This document shows positions 1 through 10,537 of a stretch of 64,000 nucleotides of DNA, piece after piece. The DNA is from a virus (lineage: Duplodnaviria > Caudoviricetes): positions 28,166 to 92,165 of IMG/VR virus record IMGVR_UViG_3300028569_001484; one strand, given 5' to 3'. A program made the position numbers and the translations under genes. The notes below the pieces were generated by a model. The model searched no databases, was not told the DNA's origin, and saw only the letters and a list, made by a program, of their open reading frames with translations. Position 1 is the stretch's first letter. Each line of letters opens with the position of its first letter.

Positions 1-160
1 TTCGGTTTTCTCTGAGACAACATCTAGCTGATGTGACATTTTTATGAAAAACATCGTTTAAACATTGTGGACATTTTCTAATCCAAATAGATTTTCCATC
101 ATTATTTTTAATTTCTCGTATTGAAGAATAATCAAATTTGGTCGTGCCTATGGGTCTCAT
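1..160 (-). CDS. N-terminus of a probable homing endonuclease (runs off window)
   Basis: ATG at 160; MRPIGTTKFDYSSIREIKNNDGKSIWIRKCPQC has the W-x-R/K-x-CPxC motif that also opens the endonucleases at 6526 and 11414. Confidence 0.55.
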   Translation of the reverse strand, partial: MRPIGTTKFDYSSIREIKNNDGKSIWIRKCPQCLNDVFHKNVTSARCCLRENR

Positions 161-205
161 ATTATTATATAATCGGGATTGATATGGAATGTATATTAAT
201 ATATA

Positions 206-721
206 TTAATTAATTTTATATTCTTCTAATATTAATCCTTTATTTTTTAAGAATTTATATTCGTCGGACGTATCATCAATTAATTTTTCGTGTATTAAAT
301 CTTTAAATGTATTACAATTCCAACCCCACATATTAATATCTTGATCGGTTACCCCTGTAAAGTAATTTAATCTTGGTAACCACAATGCTTCATTGTTTAC
401 GTTAGATTGTAACAATACATCTATATTTTCAAGAAGAACATCGGTTGGTAATTCATCCGCGTCGATTTGAAATATCCATTCACCTTTACATAAACCTATA
501 CCATAATTTTTATGAGCACCATAATCATTCTGTAATTTCTTTTGTTGAAAATTAATGGATGATTTATACTTCTCAATTATAGAAATTGTAGTTGGGTTAT
601 CAGAGTAATCATCTAATAAAACAACTTCGTGGTTATCTTTTTTAAAACTAATTAATTTAGACAACAATGTATCCAAACAATCAGTTTCATTATGTGTTGT
701 GACTAGATATGATAAAAACAT
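206..721 (-). CDS. GT2-family glycosyltransferase (possibly N-terminal part of a split gene)
   Basis: SYLVTTHNE, LDDYSD, WIFQIDADE (DxD) motifs. Confidence 0.8.
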   Translation of the reverse strand: MFLSYLVTTHNETDCLDTLLSKLISFKKDNHEVVLLDDYSDNPTTISIIEKYKSSINFQQKKLQNDYGAHKNYGIGLCKGEWIFQIDADELPTDVLLENIDVLLQSNVNNEALWLPRLNYFTGVTDQDINMWGWNCNTFKDLIHEKLIDDTSDEYKFLKNKGLILEEYKIN

Positions 722-722
722 A

Positions 723-2066
723 TTATAACATCTTTAGTTTTGGCAGAACAATCTTTTGTTCTTCTTTGTTTTCTGTTGGATTAAGTGATTTTAATTTGGG
801 TAGTACAAATGAATTCTCCGTAGCAAACTTTGGTACATACTTATCAAGTATACCCCATAACTTTTGATCCATTGCTTGTAAACTGAATTTTTCTTCGTTT
901 TCTTTACGAAGTGATTCAGCTGGTTTAGTAAACTTATCACTCTTACGAGCAAAATACAATTGTTTAAACTTATCTTCTGCTAAAGAATAAGAAACTTTAA
1001 ACCACTTACTTTCTTTTAGAATCCATTGGTTAACAGACTTAGGATCTACATCTACTAGTGTACCTGGCAATAAATTAGCATATTTCTCATTTAGATAATC
1101 CAATTGACCACTCCAATTTGGAGCTAGTAGTGGTTTTCCACTTAATGTAGATAGTAACATTGGATGACCAAATCCTTCACCGTGAGTAAATGATACGTGC
1201 GCTAAAATCTTTTCGTGATTCAACAATGCGTTCATTTCCACATCGCTTAGTTCACCGTGCAATAGATATACGTTTGGACAATTGTCCCCAAATGTACTTC
1301 TAATTTTTTTGATCTTGTCCAACATATCAAAACGATCAACTGTGCTATATCCACTGCCGCTTGTTTTTACAATTAAACAAGGTCTGTCATTTGGATTGTT
1401 ATTCTTGAACGCTGTACAGAATGTTTTGATTAGATTGCCAATGTCTTTGCGATCATTGTATAATCCACCGTGGGTCCACTGACCAACAAATAGAAATGCA
1501 TTTTTTTCTGGAATCTTACTGAGAGACTCATCAACTGTTTCTAATGATTGATCTGTTTTTTTATAAACATTAGTATCTACACCCCAGAAACAAACTTCGA
1601 TTGGTTTATTTATTTGAATTGGTTCTTTTTGACCATTTTCGTGTTGCTTAACCATCTTGGTATCCACAAATACCTTTTTAACGTGTTCTGACAGACCAAT
1701 TGTAAGATCCATTCTATTGATACCTTCGATCCAACTTCCAGGTGAAATTGTTGTTTCAATACCAGCTGTCATACCAATATTGTACTTTCCAACTTGTTGG
1801 AATTCTTCGGGGATGGTCAATTGAATAAATAATTCTGGTTGCTTATTCAAGTTTCCTTGTAGAATACAATTAGCTACCAACTTATCTTCTGGATCTGTTA
1901 GATCTTCCAAGAATCGTTTGCTTGGACACGCTCCCCATCTAGTGGGTGCGATTTTAACATCGTATTTGTTCTGACGAATTAAGCTCTTGGCTACTGTTGT
2001 AGCCCAATCGCCATATCCACTTCGATTAAATACTGGACCTGAAATTAAACATAATGGTTTGCTCAT
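723..2066 (-). CDS. GT4-like (GT-B) glycosyltransferase
   Basis: SGYG N-terminal motif, RKDIG, HGEGFGHPMLL, WSGQLDY. Confidence 0.8.
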   Translation of the reverse strand: MSKPLCLISGPVFNRSGYGDWATTVAKSLIRQNKYDVKIAPTRWGACPSKRFLEDLTDPEDKLVANCILQGNLNKQPELFIQLTIPEEFQQVGKYNIGMTAGIETTISPGSWIEGINRMDLTIGLSEHVKKVFVDTKMVKQHENGQKEPIQINKPIEVCFWGVDTNVYKKTDQSLETVDESLSKIPEKNAFLFVGQWTHGGLYNDRKDIGNLIKTFCTAFKNNNPNDRPCLIVKTSGSGYSTVDRFDMLDKIKKIRSTFGDNCPNVYLLHGELSDVEMNALLNHEKILAHVSFTHGEGFGHPMLLSTLSGKPLLAPNWSGQLDYLNEKYANLLPGTLVDVDPKSVNQWILKESKWFKVSYSLAEDKFKQLYFARKSDKFTKPAESLRKENEEKFSLQAMDQKLWGILDKYVPKFATENSFVLPKLKSLNPTENKEEQKIVLPKLKML

Positions 2067-2067
2067 A

Positions 2068-2760
2068 TTATTTTTGATTAAATTGATTGTTGTCTCTTTC
2101 TGCGATTAACTGACTATATTTTTTCGGTGTTTCCGATTTATTTAAATTTGCATATAATGCTTCAATTGTATTGGGACGACTTGACTCAGATACTACGTTA
2201 TCTTTTTTTTTAACATCGGTACTACCAAATCCTCCCTCACCTCTATCTGTAGAATCTAATTCGTCTACCAGAATAAATTCTACATTTTCAACTTTGGTTA
2301 CTTTGAGTTGACAAACCTTATCACCTTTGTTGTAGAGTTTACTGTAATTTACAGTTCCTTCTAATAGATTATCGGTTCTAATTTTATAGTCTTCTGGTTG
2401 CCATTGATATTTAAAACGAAGTAATACTTCTCCACGATAATCTGCATCGATCAATCCAATACAATTAGCCAATACTAAATTGTATTTACTAACGCTACTA
2501 CGAGGAAATGCTAGAATGTCATAGTCTAAATCGGTATGACCAAAATTACTAAACACTTTTTCTTTTTGTACAGCTAGTTTAAGATTGGTCTTATACTGAA
2601 TATAATCTACTCGTTTGTATGCACCGTTATCATATGTTTCCCCAATTATCTCTGGGCCACTTGTAACAATTACATCAAAACCAGTAGCTCTATCAGTACC
2701 TTTCTTTGGTAGATTACTTGTTTCTTTATAATCTTCGTTCTTTAATACTTGAATCTTCAT
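2068..2760 (-). CDS. dut: trimeric dUTPase
   Basis: ATGFD, PRSS, GLIDADYRGE, RGEGGFGSTD motifs. Confidence 0.92.
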   Translation of the reverse strand: MKIQVLKNEDYKETSNLPKKGTDRATGFDVIVTSGPEIIGETYDNGAYKRVDYIQYKTNLKLAVQKEKVFSNFGHTDLDYDILAFPRSSVSKYNLVLANCIGLIDADYRGEVLLRFKYQWQPEDYKIRTDNLLEGTVNYSKLYNKGDKVCQLKVTKVENVEFILVDELDSTDRGEGGFGSTDVKKKDNVVSESSRPNTIEALYANLNKSETPKKYSQLIAERDNNQFNQK

Positions 2761-3728
2761 AGAGCCGATACTTCTTGTTTGATCTTATCAATATTAATTT
2801 TATGCAAATCTATACCCATCTTTCCATTGGGTTGACTCTTAATATCATAACCATACTCAGTGAAAATATCAAACTTTTTAGTTGGTTTAAAATTTTCAAT
2901 AGTGAAATCCATTGCTTTGATGAATTGATCGCACATATTCTTTGCATTAATACCACCTTCATTCATTGCCCACAATCTACCTTCCAATCCACATTCTTCA
3001 CGCTTTTCGGAACCGGCTAGATACCAATACATAATTGCATCTGCAATGTCTGAATAATTTGTTAAATCATCCATAATATATGGGGTAGGTGGACTACCTT
3101 GCATATTTTGTACTTTGGGCCATACTGGTTTAGCCCATTTGCCGTGATTTGTATATTTTCCAGATGCATTTGTACCAAATTCCAAATTAAATTCAATTGC
3201 ATTACCATTATCATCTACGATGCCTAGTTGATCTTGTAGACCACCTGTTACAGTAGCTATGACAGGTGTACCACACATAATAGCTTCTGCAACACTCAAA
3301 CCAAATCCTTCATTAGAACTTACATTTGACAACACATCGGCTAAGTTATAAAAAGCACACATTTCGTCTGGTGACCAACGAGATTCGTTTAATACGACCT
3401 TGTATTCTGGACAAATCGACGCAATTGTTGCAACCAAATCTGTACCAGCTTCACATACTTTATCAGTATGCATTACCAATGCACATTTACTAGCTTCTTC
3501 TTTTGTCAAAGAATCACAAAATGTTCTAAATGCTAGAATAAGATTGGCGGGGTGTTTACGATGTGCATTTCGGCTATTAAATGCTACAATGAAATTATAA
3601 TCGCCGTCACCCAACAATTCTTTTTTAATTTTTTGAACAGCTGGATTATTCTTTTCCAATACTCTAAATTCATTGCTGTTAATACCGTGTGGCACCAAAT
3701 GCAATAGATGTTTTCCGTTTACTGGCAT
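2757..3728 (-). CDS. GT4 glycosyltransferase, C-terminal domain
   Basis: VPHGIN, SRNAHRK, SNEGFGLSVAEAIMCGTPVIATVTGGL. Confidence 0.85.
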   Translation of the reverse strand: MPVNGKHLLHLVPHGINSNEFRVLEKNNPAVQKIKKELLGDGDYNFIVAFNSRNAHRKHPANLILAFRTFCDSLTKEEASKCALVMHTDKVCEAGTDLVATIASICPEYKVVLNESRWSPDEMCAFYNLADVLSNVSSNEGFGLSVAEAIMCGTPVIATVTGGLQDQLGIVDDNGNAIEFNLEFGTNASGKYTNHGKWAKPVWPKVQNMQGSPPTPYIMDDLTNYSDIADAIMYWYLAGSEKREECGLEGRLWAMNEGGINAKNMCDQFIKAMDFTIENFKPTKKFDIFTEYGYDIKSQPNGKMGIDLHKINIDKIKQEVSAL

Positions 3729-3729
3729 A

Positions 3730-4284
3730 TTATAGGTTCTCCTTCTTTATAATGTTTCCGTTGTTGTCAAAGTCTCCAAAGATACTGGTACAATTTTCTG
3801 GTCCTAATATTTGTTCGATGATATTATGGGTTTGTTTGCTTATTGAAAATAAAGAGTCACAACTTTGATAAAACGGTTTATTCCACATAGGATACGGCAA
3901 ATCATCCCATATTGTTAAATAAGTTAAAGGAATTTTAGAACGAATCTGATTTTCAATATTGTACAACCATCCCCAGAAACGTGGATCTGTAAAGTGCATA
4001 ATTGCATCTGGTTTTTCTAGAGACATGATTTGAAATAGAATTTCTTCATCACCATAACCATCTACAGGATATAATCTGAGATAGTTATCATTTCGTCCAT
4101 TGAGTTTATCAACAGCTTCTTTCATATCAACGATTTTACCTTGTTCAGGGTGTTTAATGGCACCAGCTATTTGCACCCAATCGTAATGCTGTACGGTGCC
4201 TAAGACAAGTTCCCGTGACATTGTTGCGATACCACTATGCATTCTTAGATCGTCGCTCAATAATAATATTTTTTTCTTCTTCAT
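3730..4284 (-). CDS. GT4 glycosyltransferase, N-terminal domain (split from 2757..3728)
   Basis: KILLLSDD...SGIAT, KPDAIMHFTDPR, IWDDLP; 1-nt gap to the C-terminal half. Confidence 0.8.
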   Translation of the reverse strand: MKKKKILLLSDDLRMHSGIATMSRELVLGTVQHYDWVQIAGAIKHPEQGKIVDMKEAVDKLNGRNDNYLRLYPVDGYGDEEILFQIMSLEKPDAIMHFTDPRFWGWLYNIENQIRSKIPLTYLTIWDDLPYPMWNKPFYQSCDSLFSISKQTHNIIEQILGPENCTSIFGDFDNNGNIIKKENL

Positions 4285-4499
4285 TTAGATTCCTTTGTAG
4301 ATAGTTGAAATGGTTGATTATAACTTAATTTTTGACAAACGCTTTCGCTTATTTCTGTTTGAAAATTCGAATCGGTCAAATATCTTTCCAAACACTTATT
4401 TACAAAGTCTTGAAATGATATTCTACCACGAATATTAAGCTCTTTAAATTGATTATATAACTCTTGATTGAGTTTTACTGTAGTAACAACTTGGTCCAT
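4281..4499 (-). CDS. small ribbon-helix-helix-like protein
   Basis: TTVKL beta strand followed by two helices; 72 aa. Confidence 0.5.
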   Translation of the reverse strand: MDQVVTTVKLNQELYNQFKELNIRGRISFQDFVNKCLERYLTDSNFQTEISESVCQKLSYNQPFQLSTKESK

Positions 4500-4542
4500 A
4501 ACATATGTGTATATGTATATATGTACATATGTTCAAAATTAA

Positions 4543-5433
4543 TTATAATTTGGTAGCTTTACCATCACACAGTTTTTTGTAATGGGTACAATACTTACAG
4601 TGTTTCTTACCGTTGCCAGGAACTTTAATATATTGATTGGTTTCGTTGTAGTTTCCTTCTGGGGTAAATCCATAATCCAAAAACTCAACAAATGATTTAA
4701 TCGATTCTTTGATAATAGTTGGGCCAGTAGAGGGTTTAAATACTTGAATTCTGCTTTGTGGAAAGCTTACATTTTCATAAAGTTTACGTTTTACGATAAA
4801 AAACTCCACTTCGATATTATTGAGTGGTACGTTAAACATTTTACTGTATACAGATTTGTATAGATGTAACTGTGCAAGTTTGCTTACATCTTCTTTCATA
4901 TAACTGTTCCAACCACTACTAGATGTCTTGAAGTCAATAATACGATAATATTCTTTATCTTTTTCTTTTAAAACAATGTCAATAAATCCTACAAACTCCA
5001 CGTTATTTTTAATGGGTATTTCTAGTGGAATTTCGATACCAACCAATTCATAGTCTTTGGTAGAGAAGTATTTGAGTCTATTAGCAGATTTACAGAATGT
5101 ATCTATAATATCATTACCATCAAAAATGAAGTCGGTAAATTCTTCTTCTTTTACATCTTTTACCTTTTTGATTTGCTCATTAAACTTATCTAAGAATAAC
5201 TTCTTTACATCCAACGAGTCTGCAATACCTACCCCTTCCTTATATAAGGATGTAAGATATGTTTGAAATGCATGATGAATGGCAGTTCCAAACGTGGTAT
5301 TAATATTATCATCCTTAACCCGAAGATTCTTAACATAATCTAAATGCCATTTATTTGGACATTTTAGGTAGGTAGCGTACTGACTAAAGCTAACTCTCTT
5401 CTTTTTTATTTCTTTATTATTAATTTCTTCCAT
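4543..5433 (-). CDS. PD-(D/E)XK RecB/Cas4-like nuclease
   Basis: SFSQ..CP, FGTAIH, GFIDIV, IIDFKTS, QLHLY, C-terminal CKYC...C. Confidence 0.85.
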   Translation of the reverse strand: MEEINNKEIKKKRVSFSQYATYLKCPNKWHLDYVKNLRVKDDNINTTFGTAIHHAFQTYLTSLYKEGVGIADSLDVKKLFLDKFNEQIKKVKDVKEEEFTDFIFDGNDIIDTFCKSANRLKYFSTKDYELVGIEIPLEIPIKNNVEFVGFIDIVLKEKDKEYYRIIDFKTSSSGWNSYMKEDVSKLAQLHLYKSVYSKMFNVPLNNIEVEFFIVKRKLYENVSFPQSRIQVFKPSTGPTIIKESIKSFVEFLDYGFTPEGNYNETNQYIKVPGNGKKHCKYCTHYKKLCDGKATKL

Positions 5434-5485
5434 TAGATTATTTTATATCAAATTTATTTAGTAGTCAATCTATAAAAACTATATA

Positions 5486-6223
5486 TTGTATATGAAGAAA
5501 TTTATAACTATTCTGTTGACAGCACTTAATCTATACGCAAACGATCTTTATCTATATGATAAGAATAATGACGTAGAATTAACCGAGGTAATTAATAATA
5601 AATTAAACGTATTACCCACTATTATTGGTAAAACATACACTCTTACCAACAGTCTTAATATAAACACAACCAACTCTAGTGTATCATATATAGTACCATA
5701 TCGTATTGCATTGTTGCAGAAAGAAAATACTTCTACATACTTCAATCAAACAAGTACTGAATATGTAAATGACTTTAAATTGCCAGAAGTGGTTAAAGTA
5801 AAAGACGCAATGTTTAACTTTACTGTTAATGGAGAACTATATTGTGTTAGTGAAAGTACCAATCTAAATACATTACTTACTACGTTATGTAGTGTAACAT
5901 TTGGTCAATCCACATTCTTTATTAAATCCAATGAAAAGTTTACTCACGTATATGTAATGAGTGGTAATGTAACCGTATTGGATAATAAGTCTAAGAAGAA
6001 GAAAGAATTAAAATCAGGCGACTATTTGGTAGTTACCCCACAGATTGTTATGAGTGCTAGAGAAGCTAGTGTTACTAAGTTGGGTAATAGTTTTAGTGTT
6101 AAGGAAGTAGAGGATGAAGAAAAAGAAGTACACTCTAAAGAATCGACTACATTAAAATCTAAGTTGGATAATACTTTATTTGTAAACTACGGACAAAATA
6201 TTTTTGGTTTTAAATTAAAATGA
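5486..6223 (+). CDS. secreted-type protein with weak FecR-like beta domain
   Basis: Signal-peptide-like MKKFITILLTALNLYA; VYVMSGNVTV...LKSGD resembles FecR. Confidence 0.45.
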   Translation: MYMKKFITILLTALNLYANDLYLYDKNNDVELTEVINNKLNVLPTIIGKTYTLTNSLNINTTNSSVSYIVPYRIALLQKENTSTYFNQTSTEYVNDFKLPEVVKVKDAMFNFTVNGELYCVSESTNLNTLLTTLCSVTFGQSTFFIKSNEKFTHVYVMSGNVTVLDNKSKKKKELKSGDYLVVTPQIVMSAREASVTKLGNSFSVKEVEDEEKEVHSKESTTLKSKLDNTLFVNYGQNIFGFKLK

Positions 6224-6447
6224 AATTAGATCATCTAGAGTCTCTCACAGAAGACGAATTAGCAATGTTATGGTTCTGTATTAATAAAATTAATCCGCCT
6301 GTATTAAGTGGCGAAGAACTTGAACCGTGTTTATTTGTTTCAATTAAACATAAACGGTTGATGGATAGAATATTACAATGTGCGCAACACGTAAAAGAAG
6401 AACATCACGCAGTTTTCACTGGACTTGTTGCTAAATTGAAGGTATAG
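6220..6447 (+). CDS. hypothetical protein
   Basis: ATGA-coupled ORF, 75 aa. Confidence 0.6.
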   Translation: MKLDHLESLTEDELAMLWFCINKINPPVLSGEELEPCLFVSIKHKRLMDRILQCAQHVKEEHHAVFTGLVAKLKV

Positions 6448-6453
6448 TAGAAA

Positions 6454-6474
6454 TTTCCAACGTTTTTTCCAACG
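6454..6474 (+). repeat. direct repeat TTTCCAACG x2 (putative operator, cassette 1)
   Basis: 6454-6462 and 6466-6474, directly before TATTTAT (6481) and the leader ATG (6495). Confidence 0.6.
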
Positions 6475-6494
6475 ATTTACTATTTATTAATGTT

Positions 6495-6650
6495 ATGGGT
6501 AGAAAGAAATTAAATAGAACACCAGATGAAATACGAGAACAAAATAGAAAACGATACGAACGATTCTACAGAAAAAATTGTAACAGAATCAGAAAAGAAA
6601 AACTTGAACGATATCACAACAAAGTGGACAAGACATTGCCCGAAATGTAA
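6495..6650 (+). CDS. MGRKK basic leader micro-protein (cassette 1)
   Basis: MGRKKLNRTPDEIREQNRKRYERFYRKNCNRIRKEKLERYHNKVDKTLPEM; homologous to five other leaders in the window. Confidence 0.75.
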   Translation: MGRKKLNRTPDEIREQNRKRYERFYRKNCNRIRKEKLERYHNKVDKTLPEM

Positions 6651-7429
6651 TAAGGAAATAATCTATAAAGATAAATATAACTGTTCTTATGCATCGTTAA
6701 AAAATACAAATTGTATGTCATGCAATGCTACAGGCAAAAAACACAGCGTGGAAACTATTGAAAAAATTAAAAATAAAAATATAAATAAAAAAGTATCTTT
6801 TGAAACCAGAGAAAAATTGTCAAAAATAAATACTGGAAAAAAATTATCGAATAACACTAGATTAAAAATAAAATCATCTTTAATAGGCAATAAAAGAATG
6901 CTTGGAAAACACCATACTACTAATACCAAACAAAAAATTTCTACGTCATTAAAAGGAAAAATGTGTGGGATTAAGAATCCGAGATATGGCAAAGTTGGAA
7001 CAAATAAAGGAAAAAAGTTTTCTTTAGAAACCAGACGGAAAATATCACAATCTCGTATGGGTAAAAAAGCATCGGAAGAAACAAAGAGAAAAATTCAGAG
7101 AATTGTTCTTAAAAAGAAAGTTAAAATCCGGAAGCATATTTTTTCCAGCATATAATGAAACCGCATGTTTGTATTTTGATTGGTTGAATAAATGGATGGG
7201 TTGGAAAGGTCGGTTTGCAACGAACGGTGGCGAATTTCAAATAGGCAATTATTTCGTTGATTATTACGAACCGGAATTAAATATTGTTATTGAATATGAT
7301 GAAAAACATCATTTTAAAGGGGGGGAACTAAAAGAAAAAGATGTTTTAAGAATGGAATACATTAAAAAAACTTTACATTGCAGGTTTTTCAGATATACTG
7401 AGAGTAACAATGTAATCTTAGAGTACTAA
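6526..7429 (+). CDS. NUMOD3-repeat + Vsr/DUF559-like homing endonuclease, frameshifted near 7089-7093
   Basis: CPKC...CMSC, repeated S.ETR.KIS motifs; ORF 7103..7429 has YFVDYY..IVIEYDEKHH; removing one A joins the two ORFs. Confidence 0.75.
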
Positions 7430-7432
7430 ATC

Positions 7433-10090
7433 ATGTATCAAAATATTTATATTTCACAAAAAGAAAAATTAGCCTATATTTGGGATGATAAAAAAGGTTT
7501 GGTAAAAATACCACTCCATAAAGGAGTATACGCATATAGAAAATCGACTAATGGTATATATAAAAGTATATACGGTGATAAATTAGAGAAAATTTATAAA
7601 TTCAATCCAAAAGACCCCAGTTTATTTGAAAGCGATGTTAAACTAGAAACTAGGTTTTTAATAGATTTGTACGAGGACAGTGACGAACCTTCTGAAGGAC
7701 ATCGTGTTGTGTATCTTGACATTGAAGTTAGTACCGAAGGTGGCTTTCCAAACGTAGAAGAAGCTGATAAAGAAATTACAGCTATTGCTATTTATGATAG
7801 TTGTACATCTAAATATACAGCTTTCATTTTGGATAAAGAACATAAGCTACAGGACTTCGTTAAAGAAAATGTAGAAGTACGTAGTTTTACAGATGAAGAT
7901 AGTCTATTGATGCACTTTCTTACCAAATGGGAAGAAATTCAACCTACTATTAGTACTGGTTGGAACAGTGATAACTTCGACATGCCGTATCTATTCCGTC
8001 GTATGAAAAATATCGTTGGTCCAAACAATGCAAAACGTTTGAGTCCAATTCAAGTTGCTTATATCAATGACTGGAATAAGAAAGTTATTGTAGCTGGGGT
8101 AACTCATTTGGATTATATGACTCTTTACAAGAAGCTTAATATTAAACAAGAAGCTAGTTATGCTCTTGGTGCTATTGGTAAAAAGATCGTGGGTATGGAA
8201 AAGATTGCCTATAAAGGTAGTTTGGATGATTTGTACAAAGCTGATATCAACAAGTATATTGAATATAACTTGAACGACGTACAAATCATTGTAGCACTAG
8301 AAAAGAAGTTACAGTTTATTGAATTGGCAAGGGCTATTTGTCACAAGGGTCACGTTCCATATGAATGGTATGAAATGAGTTCTCGTTTCATTGAAGGTGC
8401 TATTCTTATGTATCTACGTCGTAAAGGACAAGTCGCTAAAAATAAATCATTGGATGGCCGTGATGAATATGAAACTCAAATGGAAGATAATGAACAAGGT
8501 TTTGAGGGTGCTTATGTTAAAGCTCCTACTCCCGGTCGTTATGATTGGGTCTTTGACTTGGACCTTACATCAATGTATCCGAATATCATCATCAGTCTTA
8601 ACTTATCGCCTGAAACTAAAGTAGCAGTAATTAATAAGATTGAATATGATGATTCTTATGTAGAAGATCGCACCAAAGAAATTCGTGAGGATTATGAGAA
8701 TCTAGGTGATAGTGCTCAGAAGAAGACTCCATTTGCTCAATATCTTGAACAACGGTTGTACGCATTTAATGCTAGATTGTTTGCTCAAGACAAGATTGGC
8801 AAGTATCACGTTGGATCTACAGTTTATACCAATGATGAATTTAAACAGTTAATTACACAAACTAATTTGAGTGTTGCTAGTAATGGAGTAATGTGTAAAC
8901 AAGACAAGACTGGGGTTATTCCGGAAATTCTAGTAAAGTGGTTCGATGAACGTAAGGATCTTCGTAAACTTGCTAAAAAGCATGCAGATTTAAAAGAATG
9001 GGAAAAATATGAATTTTATGATGGTCGTCAAAAAGTACAAAAAGTATTACTTAATTCAATCTACGGTGTATTGGGTCTACCGATCTTTAGATTTTATGAC
9101 AAGGATAATGCGAGCGCTGTTACCATAACTGGTCAAGATATTATCAAATCTACTGGTAAGGCTATTAATGAATGTTTCAAACGTTCACTGAATGAGAAAG
9201 AAGGAGATTGGGTTATCTATACAGATACAGATAGTTGTTTTGCTAGTGCATTACCTATCATCAAAAAGAATATGCCTGATATCGATCTAAACGATGAAAA
9301 GGCAATGACTGAGGCTATTTTGAAAGTAACTGGTGATGTACAATCATTTGTTAATAAGTTTTATGATGTAATGGCAAAACGTTACTTCAATATTGAGAAA
9401 CATCGATTTGACGCAAAACAAGAAGTTATTGCCAAGACCAGTTTCTGGTTGGCTAAGAAACGTTATGCTCAGTTTATTATCAACAAAGCCGGTATTGAGT
9501 GTGATGAAATGGAAGTAAAGGGTATTGACGTAGTTCGTACATCATTTCCAATTAGGTTTCGTAAGTTTATGCAAAAGTTCTTGGATGATATGTTACGTAA
9601 ACTCCCAAAAGAGCAAATTGATGCTAGTATTCTTGAATTTAAGGATAAGATGTCTACTTATCCAGTTATTGAGATTGCAAAGAATACTAGTGTAAAGTTT
9701 AAGAGTCAAAATGGAGATAATGATTATAATCCAAAGACCAGACATCCATTTCAGTTTATGGATGGTACTCCAGCACAAGCTAAAGCAGCTTTGGCTTATA
9801 ATGATTTGTTGAAGACTTGGAAGTTAGACAAAGATGTACCTGAGATTTTCCACGGTCAAAAGATCAAGTGGGTATATCTAAAACAAAATCAATATGGCGT
9901 TGAAGGTATTGCTATGAAAGCTGATGGTACTGATCCTGATCGTATTATGGAGTTCATTGAACAATATGTAGACAGAAATGCTATGTATGAGCAAGAACTT
10001 AAAGGCAAGTTGTTAGACTTTTATAATGTGTTGAATTGGAGTTATCCAAATGAGACAGATGTTAAATTGGAAGAGTTTTTTAGTTTTTAA
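7433..10090 (+). CDS. polB: family B DNA polymerase (T4 gp43-like)
   Basis: ExoI DIE, ExoII GWNSDNFD, ExoIII YNLND, DLTSMYP, KVLLNSIYG, YTDTDS, KKRYA. Confidence 0.97.
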   Translation: MYQNIYISQKEKLAYIWDDKKGLVKIPLHKGVYAYRKSTNGIYKSIYGDKLEKIYKFNPKDPSLFESDVKLETRFLIDLYEDSDEPSEGHRVVYLDIEVSTEGGFPNVEEADKEITAIAIYDSCTSKYTAFILDKEHKLQDFVKENVEVRSFTDEDSLLMHFLTKWEEIQPTISTGWNSDNFDMPYLFRRMKNIVGPNNAKRLSPIQVAYINDWNKKVIVAGVTHLDYMTLYKKLNIKQEASYALGAIGKKIVGMEKIAYKGSLDDLYKADINKYIEYNLNDVQIIVALEKKLQFIELARAICHKGHVPYEWYEMSSRFIEGAILMYLRRKGQVAKNKSLDGRDEYETQMEDNEQGFEGAYVKAPTPGRYDWVFDLDLTSMYPNIIISLNLSPETKVAVINKIEYDDSYVEDRTKEIREDYENLGDSAQKKTPFAQYLEQRLYAFNARLFAQDKIGKYHVGSTVYTNDEFKQLITQTNLSVASNGVMCKQDKTGVIPEILVKWFDERKDLRKLAKKHADLKEWEKYEFYDGRQKVQKVLLNSIYGVLGLPIFRFYDKDNASAVTITGQDIIKSTGKAINECFKRSLNEKEGDWVIYTDTDSCFASALPIIKKNMPDIDLNDEKAMTEAILKVTGDVQSFVNKFYDVMAKRYFNIEKHRFDAKQEVIAKTSFWLAKKRYAQFIINKAGIECDEMEVKGIDVVRTSFPIRFRKFMQKFLDDMLRKLPKEQIDASILEFKDKMSTYPVIEIAKNTSVKFKSQNGDNDYNPKTRHPFQFMDGTPAQAKAALAYNDLLKTWKLDKDVPEIFHGQKIKWVYLKQNQYGVEGIAMKADGTDPDRIMEFIEQYVDRNAMYEQELKGKLLDFYNVLNWSYPNETDVKLEEFFSF

Positions 10091-10096
10091 AAAGTT

Positions 10097-10504
10097 ATGA
10101 AAAAATATAGTGAGTTATTGACTATTCCTGAAGAGGGATCGTCGTTAGAGTTGAAAACTAGTTATGATACAGTTATTGCTCGTAAATATGAACGTGTGGT
10201 AATTGGTCAACGGGGTCCATATGTAGAATTTACACCCAATCAAATGATGTGTGATAAACTGTTTATTCCTAAAAATCAATTATATAGACTAAGTGACCCA
10301 AAGGTTTACTATATTGAGTTTAGAACCAATGATAGTAGCAATGTGAAAGTATATTATCAAATGAGAACAGTCGCATATGCAGATTATAAAATTGGTTATT
10401 TTTATGTATCACCAAGTGATTTATACAGTGGGGGTATAAAGTGTCTTTCTGAAAAGAATCACATCAATGAAAACGTGGGATTATTTTTTGAATTCAACAA
10501 TTGA
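10097..10504 (+). CDS. hypothetical phage protein
   Basis: 135 aa in the replication operon, YERVVIGQRGPYVEF. Confidence 0.7.
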   Translation: MKKYSELLTIPEEGSSLELKTSYDTVIARKYERVVIGQRGPYVEFTPNQMMCDKLFIPKNQLYRLSDPKVYYIEFRTNDSSNVKVYYQMRTVAYADYKIGYFYVSPSDLYSGGIKCLSEKNHINENVGLFFEFNN

Positions 10505-10529
10505 CAAACAAATCGACATCGGTTAACAT
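10501..10529 (+). promoter_or_regulatory. sigma70-type promoter
   Basis: TTGACA-N17-TAACAT just upstream of the clamp ATG. Confidence 0.6.
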
Positions 10530-10537
10530 TATAGAGT

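Noticed and set aside
3728-3730. Intron or frameshift between the two GT4 halves
   Set aside because: Clean TAA-T-ATG junction at a domain boundary with no intervening element; consistent with a naturally split gene.
4543-5433. Cas4-like nuclease and TnpBs as a CRISPR-Cas system
   Set aside because: No repeat-spacer array or other cas genes seen; both TnpBs have IS-type ends, and solo Cas4-like nucleases are common in phages.
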